Source: Calcarisporiella thermophila CBS 279.70 (taxonomy: Eukaryota; Fungi; Calcarisporiellomycota). Taken from it: a stretch of 64,000 bases of DNA. The DNA is taken from NCBI RefSeq assembly GCF_041956535.1, contig NW_027192209.1, positions 260,092-324,091 on the forward strand. Reading direction: 5' to 3'. How positions within the stretch are numbered: position 1 is the stretch's first letter; every line of letters begins with the position of its first letter. Below, piece after piece: positions 37,205-49,849 of the stretch. Under the pieces are notes generated by a model, which was not told the DNA's origin, ran no database searches, and saw only the letters and a program-made list of their open reading frames with translations. The position numbers and the translations under genes are program-made.

Positions 37205-38311
37205 ATGTATATCCCTTGGTTAAGCGCCACTTCAGTCGATTCTCTGAATACACAACCCGAAAGTAGGCCAGTTCGACGGTTCAAGCGTCACAATGGATGC
37301 AGTAAAAAGGCGAGTGATAAGAAAGAAAAGAAAGAGAGCTGCAAGAAGCATAGCAACAAGGCATTCGTAGTGGAGAAGGAAGAGAAGCCAAAAGCAGACC
37401 TAAAATCGACAAAGAAGAATAAAAAAGGCGACAATGACGTCTTTTTCGTTCAAGCGCAAACTCAGGCAGACACAGAGCCGACGTTCGTTGTAGAGACGGC
37501 GGCATTGGCCTCTGTTTTCTCATCAACGTCAAGTCCAACCCCTACCCTTTCAACTGGGGATTCCGAAGTCAGCCCTTCTACAAATAACTACACACCACTT
37601 CTGAGCCCTTCTTCTGAATCCACAGCCTCACAGATAATCCAACAAAACCATTTCATTAATGCCCCCTCGGCCGAAGTTTTTATTCCATCTGTCTCAATTG
37701 ATCCCTCAGATTCCTCATCTCAGTCTGCAGATCCATCTAGTGATACGGGAAAGATTGTTGGTGGAGTAGTGGGGAGTGTGGCGGGCGTCGCAGCCATAGT
37801 GGGATTCTTTTTAATTCGTAAGGCTAGAACTCGAGCGTCTTCCACCGGGCGCCAAAGAGTTAGGAAAGCAGATATCGGGAAACCGTCCCTCTTGCATAAT
37901 GTTAATGATTTTGTGCACGCATATGCTCCAGAATTTGCCGCTCCGAAGGAATATTATGCTCCTCCCCCTCCACCCGCTGCCTCGGTACCAATGTACCAGC
38001 AGGAGATGAGAATGCAGGTCGAGATACCGGCAGCAATCGTTTCTCCAACCCCGTCGATCCAAGAAGACAATCCTCCGGAGCTCGAGTTAGACCTAGTCCC
38101 CCAGACTCCTTTTGAATTTACCGCCGAGAATTGGAGACCGTTTAGCGCAGATTCTACCTATTCATTGACATCTTCTTTGCAGGGAGGAGAAAGGTCAAGG
38201 CCTAACACGAACAGATTCACAGCCCCAATGGTACAGGTGACCACCCCGGAGGGAAGAGTCACCAAGGAAATAGATGAGATGGAGTACACCCAGCAGATGT
38301 ATCAGTATTAA
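37205..38311 (+). CDS. Single-pass Ser/Thr-rich membrane protein (Mid2/SKG6-like TM), intronless
   Basis: Ser/Thr-rich region, TM GKIVGGVVGSVAGVAAIVGFFLI followed by RK, Pro-rich cytoplasmic tail. No evident signal peptide. Confidence 0.7.
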   Translation: MYIPWLSATSVDSLNTQPESRPVRRFKRHNGCSKKASDKKEKKESCKKHSNKAFVVEKEEKPKADLKSTKKNKKGDNDVFFVQAQTQADTEPTFVVETAALASVFSSTSSPTPTLSTGDSEVSPSTNNYTPLLSPSSESTASQIIQQNHFINAPSAEVFIPSVSIDPSDSSSQSADPSSDTGKIVGGVVGSVAGVAAIVGFFLIRKARTRASSTGRQRVRKADIGKPSLLHNVNDFVHAYAPEFAAPKEYYAPPPPPAASVPMYQQEMRMQVEIPAAIVSPTPSIQEDNPPELELDLVPQTPFEFTAENWRPFSADSTYSLTSSLQGGERSRPNTNRFTAPMVQVTTPEGRVTKEIDEMEYTQQMYQY

Positions 38312-38956
38312 CCCTCAGTTCTAGCCGACTCCTATGTAATTTAGTCTTTAGTAACCCTACTATTTCATGGTTCGATTAACTAATTTGGCCTATTTCCATG
38401 TAATTGTAATTAATGCCATTAAACATTTCATGAAAACTATTTTTTTTTAAAAAACGGGATCCATTTATTCAGAGCATGTGAATTTTTCCGTCACATTTAG
38501 CTCTCAAGCTGTTGACAAGAGAATAGGAGTTGAATGAGTTAACGAGACAAAGCACCAACAAAATGAATAAGAATAAATTTAGTATTGTTTACAGAAGTGG
38601 CCATTTTTGCTCATTCCCGAGAATCGATACCTGTAAACTGCCGAGTTTCGTTCAAAGGCTATCGGATTTCCCTTAAGAGCTAATTTAATCTAATACAACG
38701 CTGAGCAAACTCAATCGTTCGAATAAGTGTGGTTTTTTTGTCACATTTTTGGGCACAAGATTGGAGTGAATTAGCGCGCCTACAGCTTATAGTGTCTCCA
38801 AAATATGATTTCGATTTATTTTACACTATTCAGCTTGATGTTGGACTGCTTTTTGTGACTGGATAGCATTGACAAACAATAATTTACTCTCCGACCTGGA
38901 TTCCTGCAAAAAAATTCTACTCTTTAGCATCAAGACAATATATAGGGAATTCAAAA

Positions 38957-40552
38957 ATGAGAAGCGCTCTTACATGGGAGGTGGTTGCCAAATGCTCCCG
39001 CACAAAAGCCCGTGCAGCTCGTCTCACTCTTCCGCATGGCCCCGTAGATGCACCGGTATTTATGCCTGTTGCGACACAAGCCTCACTTAAGGGTCTTACT
39101 CCTCAGCAACTGGAAGATGTTGGATGTCAGATTATCTTGAATAATACATATCATTTGGTAAACTGAATGCCGAGTGATTTTCCGACAAATCCGTCATATA
39201 CTGACATATTTTTTCCTTAATAGGGAACAAGACCGGTAAATAGCATTCGCTAACACGAATTGATCCATTTTTCGAAAATTGCATACTATATATTTTACCC
39301 TTGATTTCCCCACTATAGGGCCAGGAAATAATAGACAATGCGGGTGGCTCTCATAAATTCCAGGGCTGGAATCGCAACCTTCTCACGGTAATTCCTGCAA
39401 CAACTGTAATTATCTTTGGCTTTATTTAATTTCCCCGCTCTGATAAATAGGATAGTGGAGGCTTCCAAATGGTGTCTCTCCTAAAGCTTGCCGAGATAAC
39501 AGAGGCGGGCGTTGAGTTTGAATCTCCTCACGATGGCTCTCGCATGCTACTGACCCCCGAGTACTCCATTGACCTTCAGAATTCGATTGGTGCAGATATC
39601 ATTATGCAACTTGATGACGTTGTATCAAGTTTAACAACGGGTGCACGAGTAGAAGAAGCAATGTGGAGGACACTGAGATGGCTGGATAGATGTATGGCTG
39701 CACACAAATACCCAGAGCGTCAAAACTTGTTTGGAATTGTACAAGGAGGCCTTGATCCGGAACTACGAAAGATTTGCGTAGCTGGTATCTAGAGCGATTA
39801 TATTGCTGTTAGCCCTTCGAAATTAAATGTGTTTGACTATGTAGAGATGCTCAAACGGGATTTGCCTGGCTATGCCATCGGTGGACTTAGCGGAGGTGAA
39901 GAGAAAGATGTCTTTTGGAAAATGTATTTACTCGTGCGGGCTATAGATTTTGCATTGGTTAGCTAACTCGAACTACTTTTTTGCCTGTAGTGTAAGTCTC
40001 TGCACAGATCTTCTTCCAGATAACAAACCAAGGTACTGTATGGGCGTTGGTTATGCTGAGGATCTGGTAGTTTGCGTCGCATTGGGCGTAGATATGTTTG
40101 ACTGCGTCTTCCCGACACGAACTGCTGTAAGCTTTCTTTTAAATCTTTTTCCGCACATTAATTCGAAGGACAACTCACCCCCTGTTTGCTCATCGTCTTA
40201 GCGCTTCGGAAATGCATTGACATTTAATGGGACACTTTCTTTGAAATCAACTCGGTATGCTCAAGACTTTTCTCCCATTGAGGAAGGGTGCCCATGTTTG
40301 GCCTGCCAGAAATACACCCGCTCTTACATGCATCTTTTGGTCGCACGTGAGACCGTTGGATGCCACTTCCTCACCCTGCATAATGTAGTGTTTCAGTTAA
40401 GACTGATGCGACAGGTTCGTCAGGCAATCATCGAAGATAGGTTCCCAGAGTATATCCAAACATTCTTCAAGGGCTATTTCGGAGGGAGGGATAAGTATCC
40501 CGTATGGGCAGTAAATGCGCTGAAAAGCGTGGGGGTTGAACTATTGGACTGA
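38957..40552 (+). CDS. QTRT1: Queuine tRNA-ribosyltransferase catalytic subunit
   Basis: [13 protein letters not shown]|GTRP|G, LLT|[51 protein letters not shown], Zn motif CPCLAC...HN. Confidence 0.96.
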
Positions 40553-40657
40553 TGGCTGTATCTTTTTTATATGTTTTTATTTTTTACACGGTGAAAATAA
40601 CAAATATGAAAAGCTTTCAAAGTCATTGAAAAAAAAAACAAGAGGCTCTCTAGTACT

Positions 40658-41715
40658 TTAAGACATATCCATGGCTTCCCCCTCGCTAACAGTGACGAAG
40701 TTGCGAATATCCTCTTTGAGCACGGCTATAAAACGGGCTAGTTAGATTGCAATTAACAAATACTAGTCTTAAAGGGAGACTTCACCTGTAGTTCCCCGCG
40801 CAAATTTATAGCTTTGCTCCTTCGCCCCGCGCTCATTCGGCCGAGCATAGTTCCGCAGTACATCGACCTTCCCTTTCTCGAGGACCACCACGTCCACATT
40901 TGAACCTGAGCCCATATCGTTAAAAATACCGGCCTCGATCGCGTCCTTAACTAGAGCAATTGCTTCCTCTCTCGTCATATCCTTCTTCCATCGGCTCTCA
41001 AAGACTGACATTGCTGCAAGGGATCCAGAGCCCATTGTCACATAGGGGAGCTTATCGGTACTTCCGTGAGGATAGATGGTGAAGATTTGAGGCCCATTTA
41101 AATCGTATCCTCCCAGCACAAGGGCAGCACCAATATGACCCTGGTACTTGAAGAGCATCTGCTTCAGCATCGTAACAGCGGTAACTGTTCGCGCCTCGCG
41201 GCCAGTGGCAAGACGATGTAATTCGAGTTGGCTGCTGATAAGTGCAGTTGTGAACTCGGTGTCTGCCGCTGTTCCAGCTCCACAGCAGTACATGTTAGGG
41301 GCAAGATAATGGATCTTTTCGCAGTTCTTGTCCGCCACAATAGGGCCCGAAGTGGCACGAGTATCAGCACCAAGACAGACTCCGTCCTAAATTTCCCATT
41401 TTACAAGTCGGAATCAATAAGAGCACATATATAAATTGCGCAATCGTAGAACTTACATTAAAGATGCAACCAACAATGGTGGTTCCTGTCTTAGTAGCCT
41501 TAGGATGAGGTAGACCCTTCTTTTCGAGGGTGAGATTCCTAGTGTTCAACGAGAGTTAGTTTCAGTTTAGAAGCTTTATATGATTAGATTGGAAACAGTA
41601 GGACGGCCAATGAGATTAAAAAGAGACTCGAGTCTCGAGTGAAAATGAAAGTAGCCTACCGTTGGTAGTTATCGAAGTTGAATCCGCCTTTCGGCAAGTT
41701 TACTTTCATCGCCAT
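40658..41715 (-). CDS. PUP1: 20S proteasome beta2 subunit (trypsin-like), with propeptide
   Basis: KTG/TTIVG processing site, [41 protein letters not shown]. Confidence 0.96.
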
Positions 41716-41933
41716 TGTGCAGAATGTTGTTTTTATTCAATTGGAATCGTGATTAACCCAAGTAATAAAAAATAGACCTAAAAATCAAGTAGAAGGACTG
41801 ACGCGGCCAGCAAAATTTCAAGCGGCTGACGTTATCATTTCTGACGCGTAACTCTTCCCTTGGTATTTCTCTCCTCGATCTATTACCGCAATCCACTTCT
41901 AAAACACACCATTAAACGATCGGACGAGAAACC
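41716..41933. promoter_or_regulatory. Bidirectional promoter shared by PUP1 and PRE5
   Basis: 218 bp between the two divergent ATGs. CTGACG at 41798, 41826 and 41841. Confidence 0.7.
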
Positions 41934-43088
41934 ATGGTAAGGCGGACGACCCCTCTATCCTCAGCAGACTGCACTCCCAGTTCTTGCTTACCCATTTCTG
42001 ATTTCCTTGAAACATAGTTTCGAAACCAATATGACAACGATGCATCCACTTGGTCTCCCCAAGGCCGCATCCACCAGGTCGAATATGCGCTTGAAGCAGT
42101 CAAGCAGGGGTCGGCTGCATTAGGTCTACGTTCAAATACTCATGCAGTCCTGTTGGCCCTCAAGGTGAGATTTTGATCTCTTACGATTCCATTGGACTTC
42201 ATTAACATTTCCATGTTTAAATGAATTGTTTAAAGAGATCGTCTGGAGAACTTGCTTCGTATCAGAAAAAAATTATTCGGATTGATGATCACATGGGTGT
42301 AGCTATTGCAGGATTAACATCGGATGCTCGTGTACTAAGGTACATCCTTCATTTCTCGAATATGCCTACAGGACTTTTGTTTATTAATTTATTAATCCGA
42401 TGATAGTCATTATATGCGTACAGAGGCCATGAAATCAAAAATGTTATTCGATAGGCCACTTCCTGTCTTCCGCATCGTTACTGCAATTGCCGATAGTAAA
42501 TTCCGATGTATTGAATGCGTTGAAAAGGCAAATATACTGACACTCTTCTATGTATTCCAGAGGCACAAGTCAATACACAGCACTATGGTGGCCGCCCCTA
42601 TGGTGTTGGGTTGTTAGTTATCGGATATGATGTAGGATTTGGATGCTTTTTATTATGATGTGGAGAATACTTCATAGCTGTGAATTTTTTATTAGGAAAC
42701 CGGTCCTCATCTATACGAATGTTCTCCCGCGGGTAATGCCTTTGAATATTATGCCATGGCGATTGGTGCTCGATCCCAGTCTGCGAAGACGTATTTAGAA
42801 AAGAACTTTTCTGAGTTTGCGGAAGCTTCCGTTGGAGAACTCATTCGACATGGTCTCCATGCTCTCCGGGACACATTGCAGCAGGACAAAGAGCTTACAA
42901 CTTTGAACGTATCCGTGTCTGTTGTTGGAGAAGGTCAAAAATTTGAGATTATTGAGGGTGATAAGCTGAAACCCTATCTGGACATGCTGGAGGAACGTGG
43001 GCGGACGACTGGACCTTCAGCGCCTAGTGCTGGAGCAGCGAGCATGACAGAGCAAGGGGAGGCGCCCATGGAGACAGATTCGGTGTAA
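41934..43088 (+). CDS. PRE5: 20S proteasome alpha6 subunit (first coding exon is the ATG alone)
   Basis: M|[60 protein letters not shown]. Confidence 0.96.
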
Positions 43089-43361
43089 AACGTTGCAATT
43101 TGACGAAGTTAAATGGTTTTCAAATTTGTTATTTTTAAATTTCTTTCAATTTTCTTTCTCCTTTTTGAATAAACTATAAAATATAAAAATATTTTTATTG
43201 TTTTTCTTTTATATATATATGTAGAGTAAATAATCGATAAATGGAATAGCAACACCGGAAGAATAGGAAAAGAAGTAAGAGAAGGAAGAAAAAGCAAGAA
43301 ATTCTGTACAAAGTCAAATCCAATATAAAAAAAAAAGCATAACAATTCTAACTACAAAACA

Positions 43362-44888
43362 CTATGGACCCGTCAAATAGCGCAGAATATCAGATAGTGA
43401 AACGATTCCACATAAATGATTGCCCTGATCGACGACTATGAGGCGATGAACTTGAGCTTTGCGAACGGTGGCAAATATAGATTGAAGGGTGTCATTAAGC
43501 GTGCAGGTATGTACTCCGGGGAAATCCTAAAGGAATCAAGCATGAGCACAAATTGCTTTGCCGCAGCACAAGAAACCTGTTTAATACCTCAGATCTTCGT
43601 TTGAGTGCCTCGCCGACAGGTGTGTTGAGATCATGGTATGCCCCTGATCGTGCGATAATCTAAAATGGAATTGGAAACATAAAAAGTGAGATTTTCTCAT
43701 CATGGTCACTGATGCTGCGCGAGTTCCTACCATTACATCCAATGCCTCATACACATTAATAACAACATCTAGTTTACGCAGAAGAAAAACATATTATCAA
43801 ATCAGCCCCACAAATGTCATTTCCGCCCAATACTTACTATCTTCATCCACAATAGGAACTGAGGATATGCCCCGCTCCGCCAACATGTTAATCACTTCAA
43901 TCACAGGAGTTGACATTTGTGCAGTCGCAATATTTTCGTACGTCCCAATGCGTAGCTGCGAGAGGGGCTGCTTCAGATACCGAGTACCTTTGAACTTTAA
44001 GAGAACAAAAATTGTAATAATTAAGAAAATGCGTACTTTACGCTTCTCTACTCAAAAAAAAAACTTACATTCATTGCAATAAATTTCAAAATCCGGTATT
44101 GAGTTAGTACCGACACAATCATTTCCTGTCCAGAATCCGGGTCAGTGTCCAGTAGAGGCAACCGATGGGCACGCGACTCCACAAGCAGCCGACAGGCATC
44201 ATACAGAGATCGCATAGGATGGATAAAAAGCATCTGAGGTGGTGGTGCCCCTATTTTCTGCTCCATGTCTAAACAAAAACAAAAGTATAAGAGAAATCTC
44301 AAGTGGGCTGAGGAGCTAGCATACCTCGTAGCTGCCATATTTGAAATTTCTCAATCTCCTCGAGAGCTCTTGTCCACGATGAATGGGTGTAGTAATATTG
44401 TATAAGATTAATAAAATCGGAGACAGTGAGAACACCTGCAAATTTGTGTTTCTTGGAATCCCATAGCGGTGCAGATACTACGCCTATTTTAATGTAGGTA
44501 TATTAATTAACAGATATAAGAAGTAGTCAGTGGGTACGAGAATACCGTTTTGCATTAATGCTGAGAGAGCTTTTTTAACCAAGAGCGATGTATCCAGTAC
44601 AATCAATCTAAAGCTCACGGGTAATACATCGTAGCTCGAGTGCTCTTTTAAGAATTCCTTTATTTGTTGCTGACATGTTTCTCCCGCCACTGGGACAGAG
44701 GAGGAAGTGGATGAGACGGATGACGGCGTGAAGTCCGGAGTCTCTGAGTGCTCTTTGCGTTTTCTCCATGCTTGGTAAGAGGAGACGGGGTCGAGTGATG
44801 TTGGAGTTGAGGAACCAGTCGGTGTGAGAAGCCGGGGAGGGGTAGAAAAGTCCTCATTTTGGTGAGTACTGGGTAGGCCTTCTTCCAT
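43362..44888 (-). CDS. SNF4: AMPK/SNF1 gamma subunit (four CBS domains)
   Basis: [69 protein letters not shown]. Confidence 0.95.
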
Positions 44889-45174
44889 GATGGTAATTAT
44901 TGGGGCTGTTGAAGGCGATGGTTACTTATATAGGCAGCACGCATCTATATAAAGAGCATATATATATTTTCTTAACCACAACTATACAAAATATGCTCAC
45001 CAAAATGATTTATTAACTTGATGACGAACGCATAATCCAAAATGAGATTTTACTGTGCTCTAATGAAAAAAGAGATATGATTCGGATTGAGTCGATTCCA
45101 ACACGTCTTGGGCGAATATAAAAAAATCAACTCCAAAGTGATCAACTTCATAATCAGAGCAATAGTATGTACGC

Positions 45175-46560
45175 ATGACGCTACCGCCAGCTCTCTACTT
45201 TTTAATACTTTTCGTTCTGTTCAATTCCTGGGCCCTATCCGAATCTCATCCATTCTCGAATACGCATAAGTTTCAGCTAAAGCACGTATTCCATCACAAC
45301 TCTCAATCTTTATACCGCCGTGACATTGCAGATTCGTCTGCTTCTTTTCAACAGATTTTTGCCGTGCATTCTACCCATGGTAGTACCCGTATACCTTCCA
45401 ATCCTGATGCCCTACGTGGTGCCCTTACTTTGACTCAATTTCGCGAATCTCTCAATCAAACTGGCAACTATACACCTCAACATGGTGTGATAATTCCCGA
45501 TCCCTCGTCTAACATTACTCTCATTTCCTTTGCTGCCATGACCTATGATGCATATAATCTGCCTGATAAAACTAAGGATTGGTATGACGTGGGCGGAGGA
45601 TGGATGGTCAATTCGAGTTTCGGATGGAAAACGGATGGATTAAGGGGGCATGTTTTCGGAGACGTAGATAATACTACGCTTGTTGTTGCGATCAAAGGAA
45701 CAACAGCGAGTTTATTCGGTGGAGGAGAGACTGGAGTAAGAGATAAGTTGAATGTAAGCTCTCCATTTTGGTGTTCTCAGGGTGCAGACTTCGAGATATT
45801 TTTCTAAACCATTAGGACAATCGATTATTCTCATGCTGTTGCGCACGAGTCGATGCAACATGGAGAACTGTATGTGACTGCTATAAAGGCGCATATACAT
45901 GTTCCCAAGATTGTATCGAAGATACTTTAGCAGAGGAAGAAATGTATTACACCAATGCCATGGTATGTGTCTAATTTTCGCACAGATAATGTTTCTTAGT
46001 AAACTAATCTTTCTCACTTCGACCCACCAGAAAATCCTTTTTGAAGTGATGGATGCATATCCCGAGGCAACTATTTGGCTAACCGGCCATTCTCTTGGCG
46101 GATCAATTGCCTCACTTCTCGGTCTCACATTCGGAATTCCAACCATTACCTTTGAGTCACCCGGTGACTTACTCGCGGCACGCCGATTACACCTCCCAAT
46201 GGCGCCGGGGCTTGACATGCGCGGTGTTCCAATATGGCATATTGGTCACACGGCCGATCCTATATTTATGGGGGTATGCACGGGGCCAACCAGCAGCTGC
46301 TACTATAGTGGGTTTGCAATCGAAAGGTATATCGAAAAGTTTAAAATTAATATATATTGGTGGTGTAATCTTTTCTTCACAGCAAATGTCACTCAGGGAA
46401 GGTTTGCGTTTATGACACAGTGAAGGAGGAAGGTTGGCGCCTTGATATTCGAAGCCATCGAATCGGTGATGTGATTGAGCGTGTGCTCAAACGTTATGAG
46501 CCCCGTCCATGCGTTGTCGAGGAAGAGTGTGAAGATTGTGGTCTGTGGAAATTTACTTGA
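45175..46560 (+). CDS. ATG15: Autophagy-related lipase
   Basis: [41 protein letters not shown] (lipase nucleophile), [12 protein letters not shown]. Confidence 0.93.
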
Positions 46561-47504
46561 TCAACCCTTTATGTTAAATGGTATCTCCGCATTGATTTTT
46601 TTTTCTAAATTTAATTATTAGCATGTAGCAATATACTTGTACATTTGTTATTATACCTTTGCTAGTCTATATAAATAGCCTATTTAATGATTCATTATCT
46701 AAAACGAAATCTCTACCTTTATATTTTTCAATCTTGCGATATTATAATTTTTTTAAGTTTCTTGCCTTAAATTTGTTAAACAGTGTATGGTTGTGATTTT
46801 TAAACAAAACTTCTCACATATACTACGTATGTGTGAGAAGTTTTGTTTAAATATAAAGTTTTTATGTGCTGGCACGAAAAAAACAAAACTGAAAGGCTAT
46901 ACAGTGTTTTTGGACAATATCTTTGCTGTTTGTCATTTATTCCAAGCCTGTAAGCTAGATATATTTATCTCAACCCGTTTATCAAACAGAAAGAGTTACA
47001 ATTTCGTATTGAAATTTAGGGCATATTTTATATTAAAGCATGTGAAAATATCTCTGAGAACGATTCAAACTACATTAAATAACATACGCCCCGGTTTCTA
47101 AGGATAGGCATAAACCTTCTAGCTGACTTTAACAATTATTCTCTGAAAGGCTAGGACTAAAATGAGGAAGTGGAAATGAGCTTAGGTCACGAACTTATTG
47201 TTAGCTAACAATCCTGGGAAATGTTAGAAAACACCAAGACCGATTAGCTGGTATAAACAACTGCCACGGAAAAGACCGCTTTGATCACACGAAATGACTC
47301 TGTTGTCCCACATCTCCTCAATGAAGATTGAGTAGATAGGAGAAATGAAACCGCTGACCTTCACGCTCAAAATCACTTTGAATTCTAATTCTATGATAGG
47401 GGAAACTAGATTATTGAATCCTCGTAGTTTTCATCATCCATAACTTTCTTATCCTTTTTTCAACGATTTATTTGGTTCCATGTTTAAATAGTGATAAATA
47501 GAGT

Positions 47505-49406
47505 ATGGATAATAAGCCAATATCCATATCAATATATGCTGACTCAGCGGATTGCCAGATAAATGAGAGAACTGATGTATGTAGTTCCGATAGTTCAAAT
47601 ACCAATTTTCAACCTTCGCAAAATACACCTGATTACTCTAATGCGAGGGGAAAGTTTTCAGCCGCCAACAATGATAACAACACCCAGACTGGGAATTCGC
47701 CGCTAGAGGAGGAGAATATTGCGCTTGTTGACACATGGCGAGGTTGGCCGGTAGTGCTTGGTGGCTTTCTTGTAGTGTTCAACAATTTTGGAAACACTTA
47801 TTCTTGGAGCGTTTACCAGGCATGGACTAAACCTATCTGCTTTGAAATGGCTTTATTGACGATTATACTCTCAATCTAGGACTTTTACACCAATTTTGAA
47901 TTTAAAGGGCAAACTTCAACGCTTGCCGTCGCGTTCATTGGCACTATCGCAAACGCTTTCATGTTTTTTATTGGCCCTTTCCTGGGACCCCTATATTATA
48001 TGATGGGACTACAGAGAAGCATGGCTCTAGGAACCTCTCTCTGTGTATTAGCCCAATTGCTAGCCAGTTTCAATACATCGGTATAAATGATTATAATTAA
48101 AAGTTTTGATAAAAATGATACCAGAATAATTGACCTAAATATTTTTTTTTCTTTTTGCCCTTGGATAGATGTGGCAGCTCTATTTGACTCAGGGGATTAT
48201 GTTTGGACTTGGAAATTCATTCCTCTTTTTCCCCGCGATGATGCTACCAAGTCAGTGGTTTCAGAAGTATCGAGGAATTGTAGGTCATCCTATCTCATAT
48301 ACGTACGATTCTGCTTCCTTTATATTCTAGTCATTAGGCAACAGGATGTTGTGTCGCTGGAAGTGGAATTGGCGGGCTTTGCATCACACCTATAGTTCGT
48401 ACCGTCATTGATCACTACGGCTATCGTTGGTCACTACGAGTAACTAGCATCATATCATTCATTCTCCTGAGCTCCGCCTCCCTTCTCTGCCGCCCACGCA
48501 TCCCACTTTCACAACTTGGACGAAGAAAGGGATTTAATTTTGACATCGTAAACCCAAGACTATTAATTCTCTTTTGCTTTGGCTTCTTGGCAAGTTTTGG
48601 GTGAGTATTTGCCTTTGTTACAAATTCATGTTTTCCATAGTGATTCTGATAGGTTTAATATCGCAGATATCTTCCCCCTTTTTTCATGATGGCCACCTAT
48701 GCGCGTTCTGTAGGAGTTACTCCACAATTGGCAGCCGTCCTTGCTGGTGTTATGAGCGGGATCAACTCTTTCGGTCGGATTCTGATGGGTGGCCTTGCTG
48801 ATATTTTGTAAGTTTGGCAACAAGATTTTTTTCGATACATGTTTTAGAATTGCTAATTGGTTAGCTATAAATAAATAGCGGGCACCTTAATGCGATGTTT
48901 TTTTGCACGCTAATCTCTGGACTTGCTACCATGCTGATATGGCCATTTGCAACGAACTTTGGAATATTAATTTTGTATATTGTGATATATGGACTCTTTG
49001 GTGGAGCATATTTAAGTGTATTATCAGTTGTGCTTGCAGATATCGTGGGAACACAAAATTTGCCCACAGCACTGGTGAGTGCGCCTGCTTCCTTCCATTA
49101 AAGCTTACAAGAGTTGCATTTTAATCCTGCTTATAATAGGGAATGGTTTATTTCTCCGGTTTTTTTGGATCATTGCTAGGCACCCCGATCAGGTAAATAT
49201 TCGCACATTGATTGAAGTATTATTAAACAAACGATGAATCATTTGCTATTTTCCTCTTCGTCGATAATATCAGCGGGGTAATCTATGATAACACGGGATA
49301 CTTTCTCCTTCTTCAAGAGTTTGCTGGGGCAGTCACTGTGGTTGGATCTTTTTTTATATTGCGGCTGAAGTTAGTCACCAAGAGTAAATTTTTTGCAAAG
49401 ATATAG
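47505..49406 (+). CDS. MFS monocarboxylate-transporter family (MCH-like) protein
   Basis: DTWRGWPVVLGGFL, SWSVYQ, WQLYLTQGIMFGLG, SQWFQKYRG, GRILMGGLAD. First intron is GC-AG. Confidence 0.88.
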
Positions 49407-49849
49407 ATATAAACAATGTTTTAGAATCCATGGAAAATATTTTCCTTAAATACCTACATAAATTGTGATGATATAGTTTTATCCGCTATTAAACCATGTA
49501 GCCAAGGGAATAGAAATTATTTGGTCTGAAATTGTGAGAGTAATGGTTTATTCAGATTTCGCTGATAGTGTATAAATTGTTTTACAATTAAGTTGGTATA
49601 AAATATCACCCAAAATCTAAACGCGAAGGTAATCATTGAATATAGTTCCATTTTTCATATACCATTTTGATGCTCTCCATATAGAAGGGATTGAAACTAA
49701 AAGAAAATATGTTGGGTTGGGATGGATATCTTGTTATACTTTAAAAAATCGAAGATGGATATAAAGGGTGTCTAGTGGAAAGGAGAAAGGTAAAAAGCTC
49801 ATAGACAATTCTATCAGAAGGTCAATTTCATTTATAGTATTCATTGTTT

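Noticed and set aside
42340-42405. PRE5 intron starting GTACATCCTT as a possible U12 intron
   Set aside because: It does not match GTATCCTT in register and has no TCCTTAAC branch. Treated as U2.
7710-46560. Apparent proteostasis cluster (SSE1, AHA1, PUP1, PRE5, ATG15)
   Set aside because: Spread over about 39 kb among unrelated housekeeping genes. Only the PUP1-PRE5 pairing is structurally supported.
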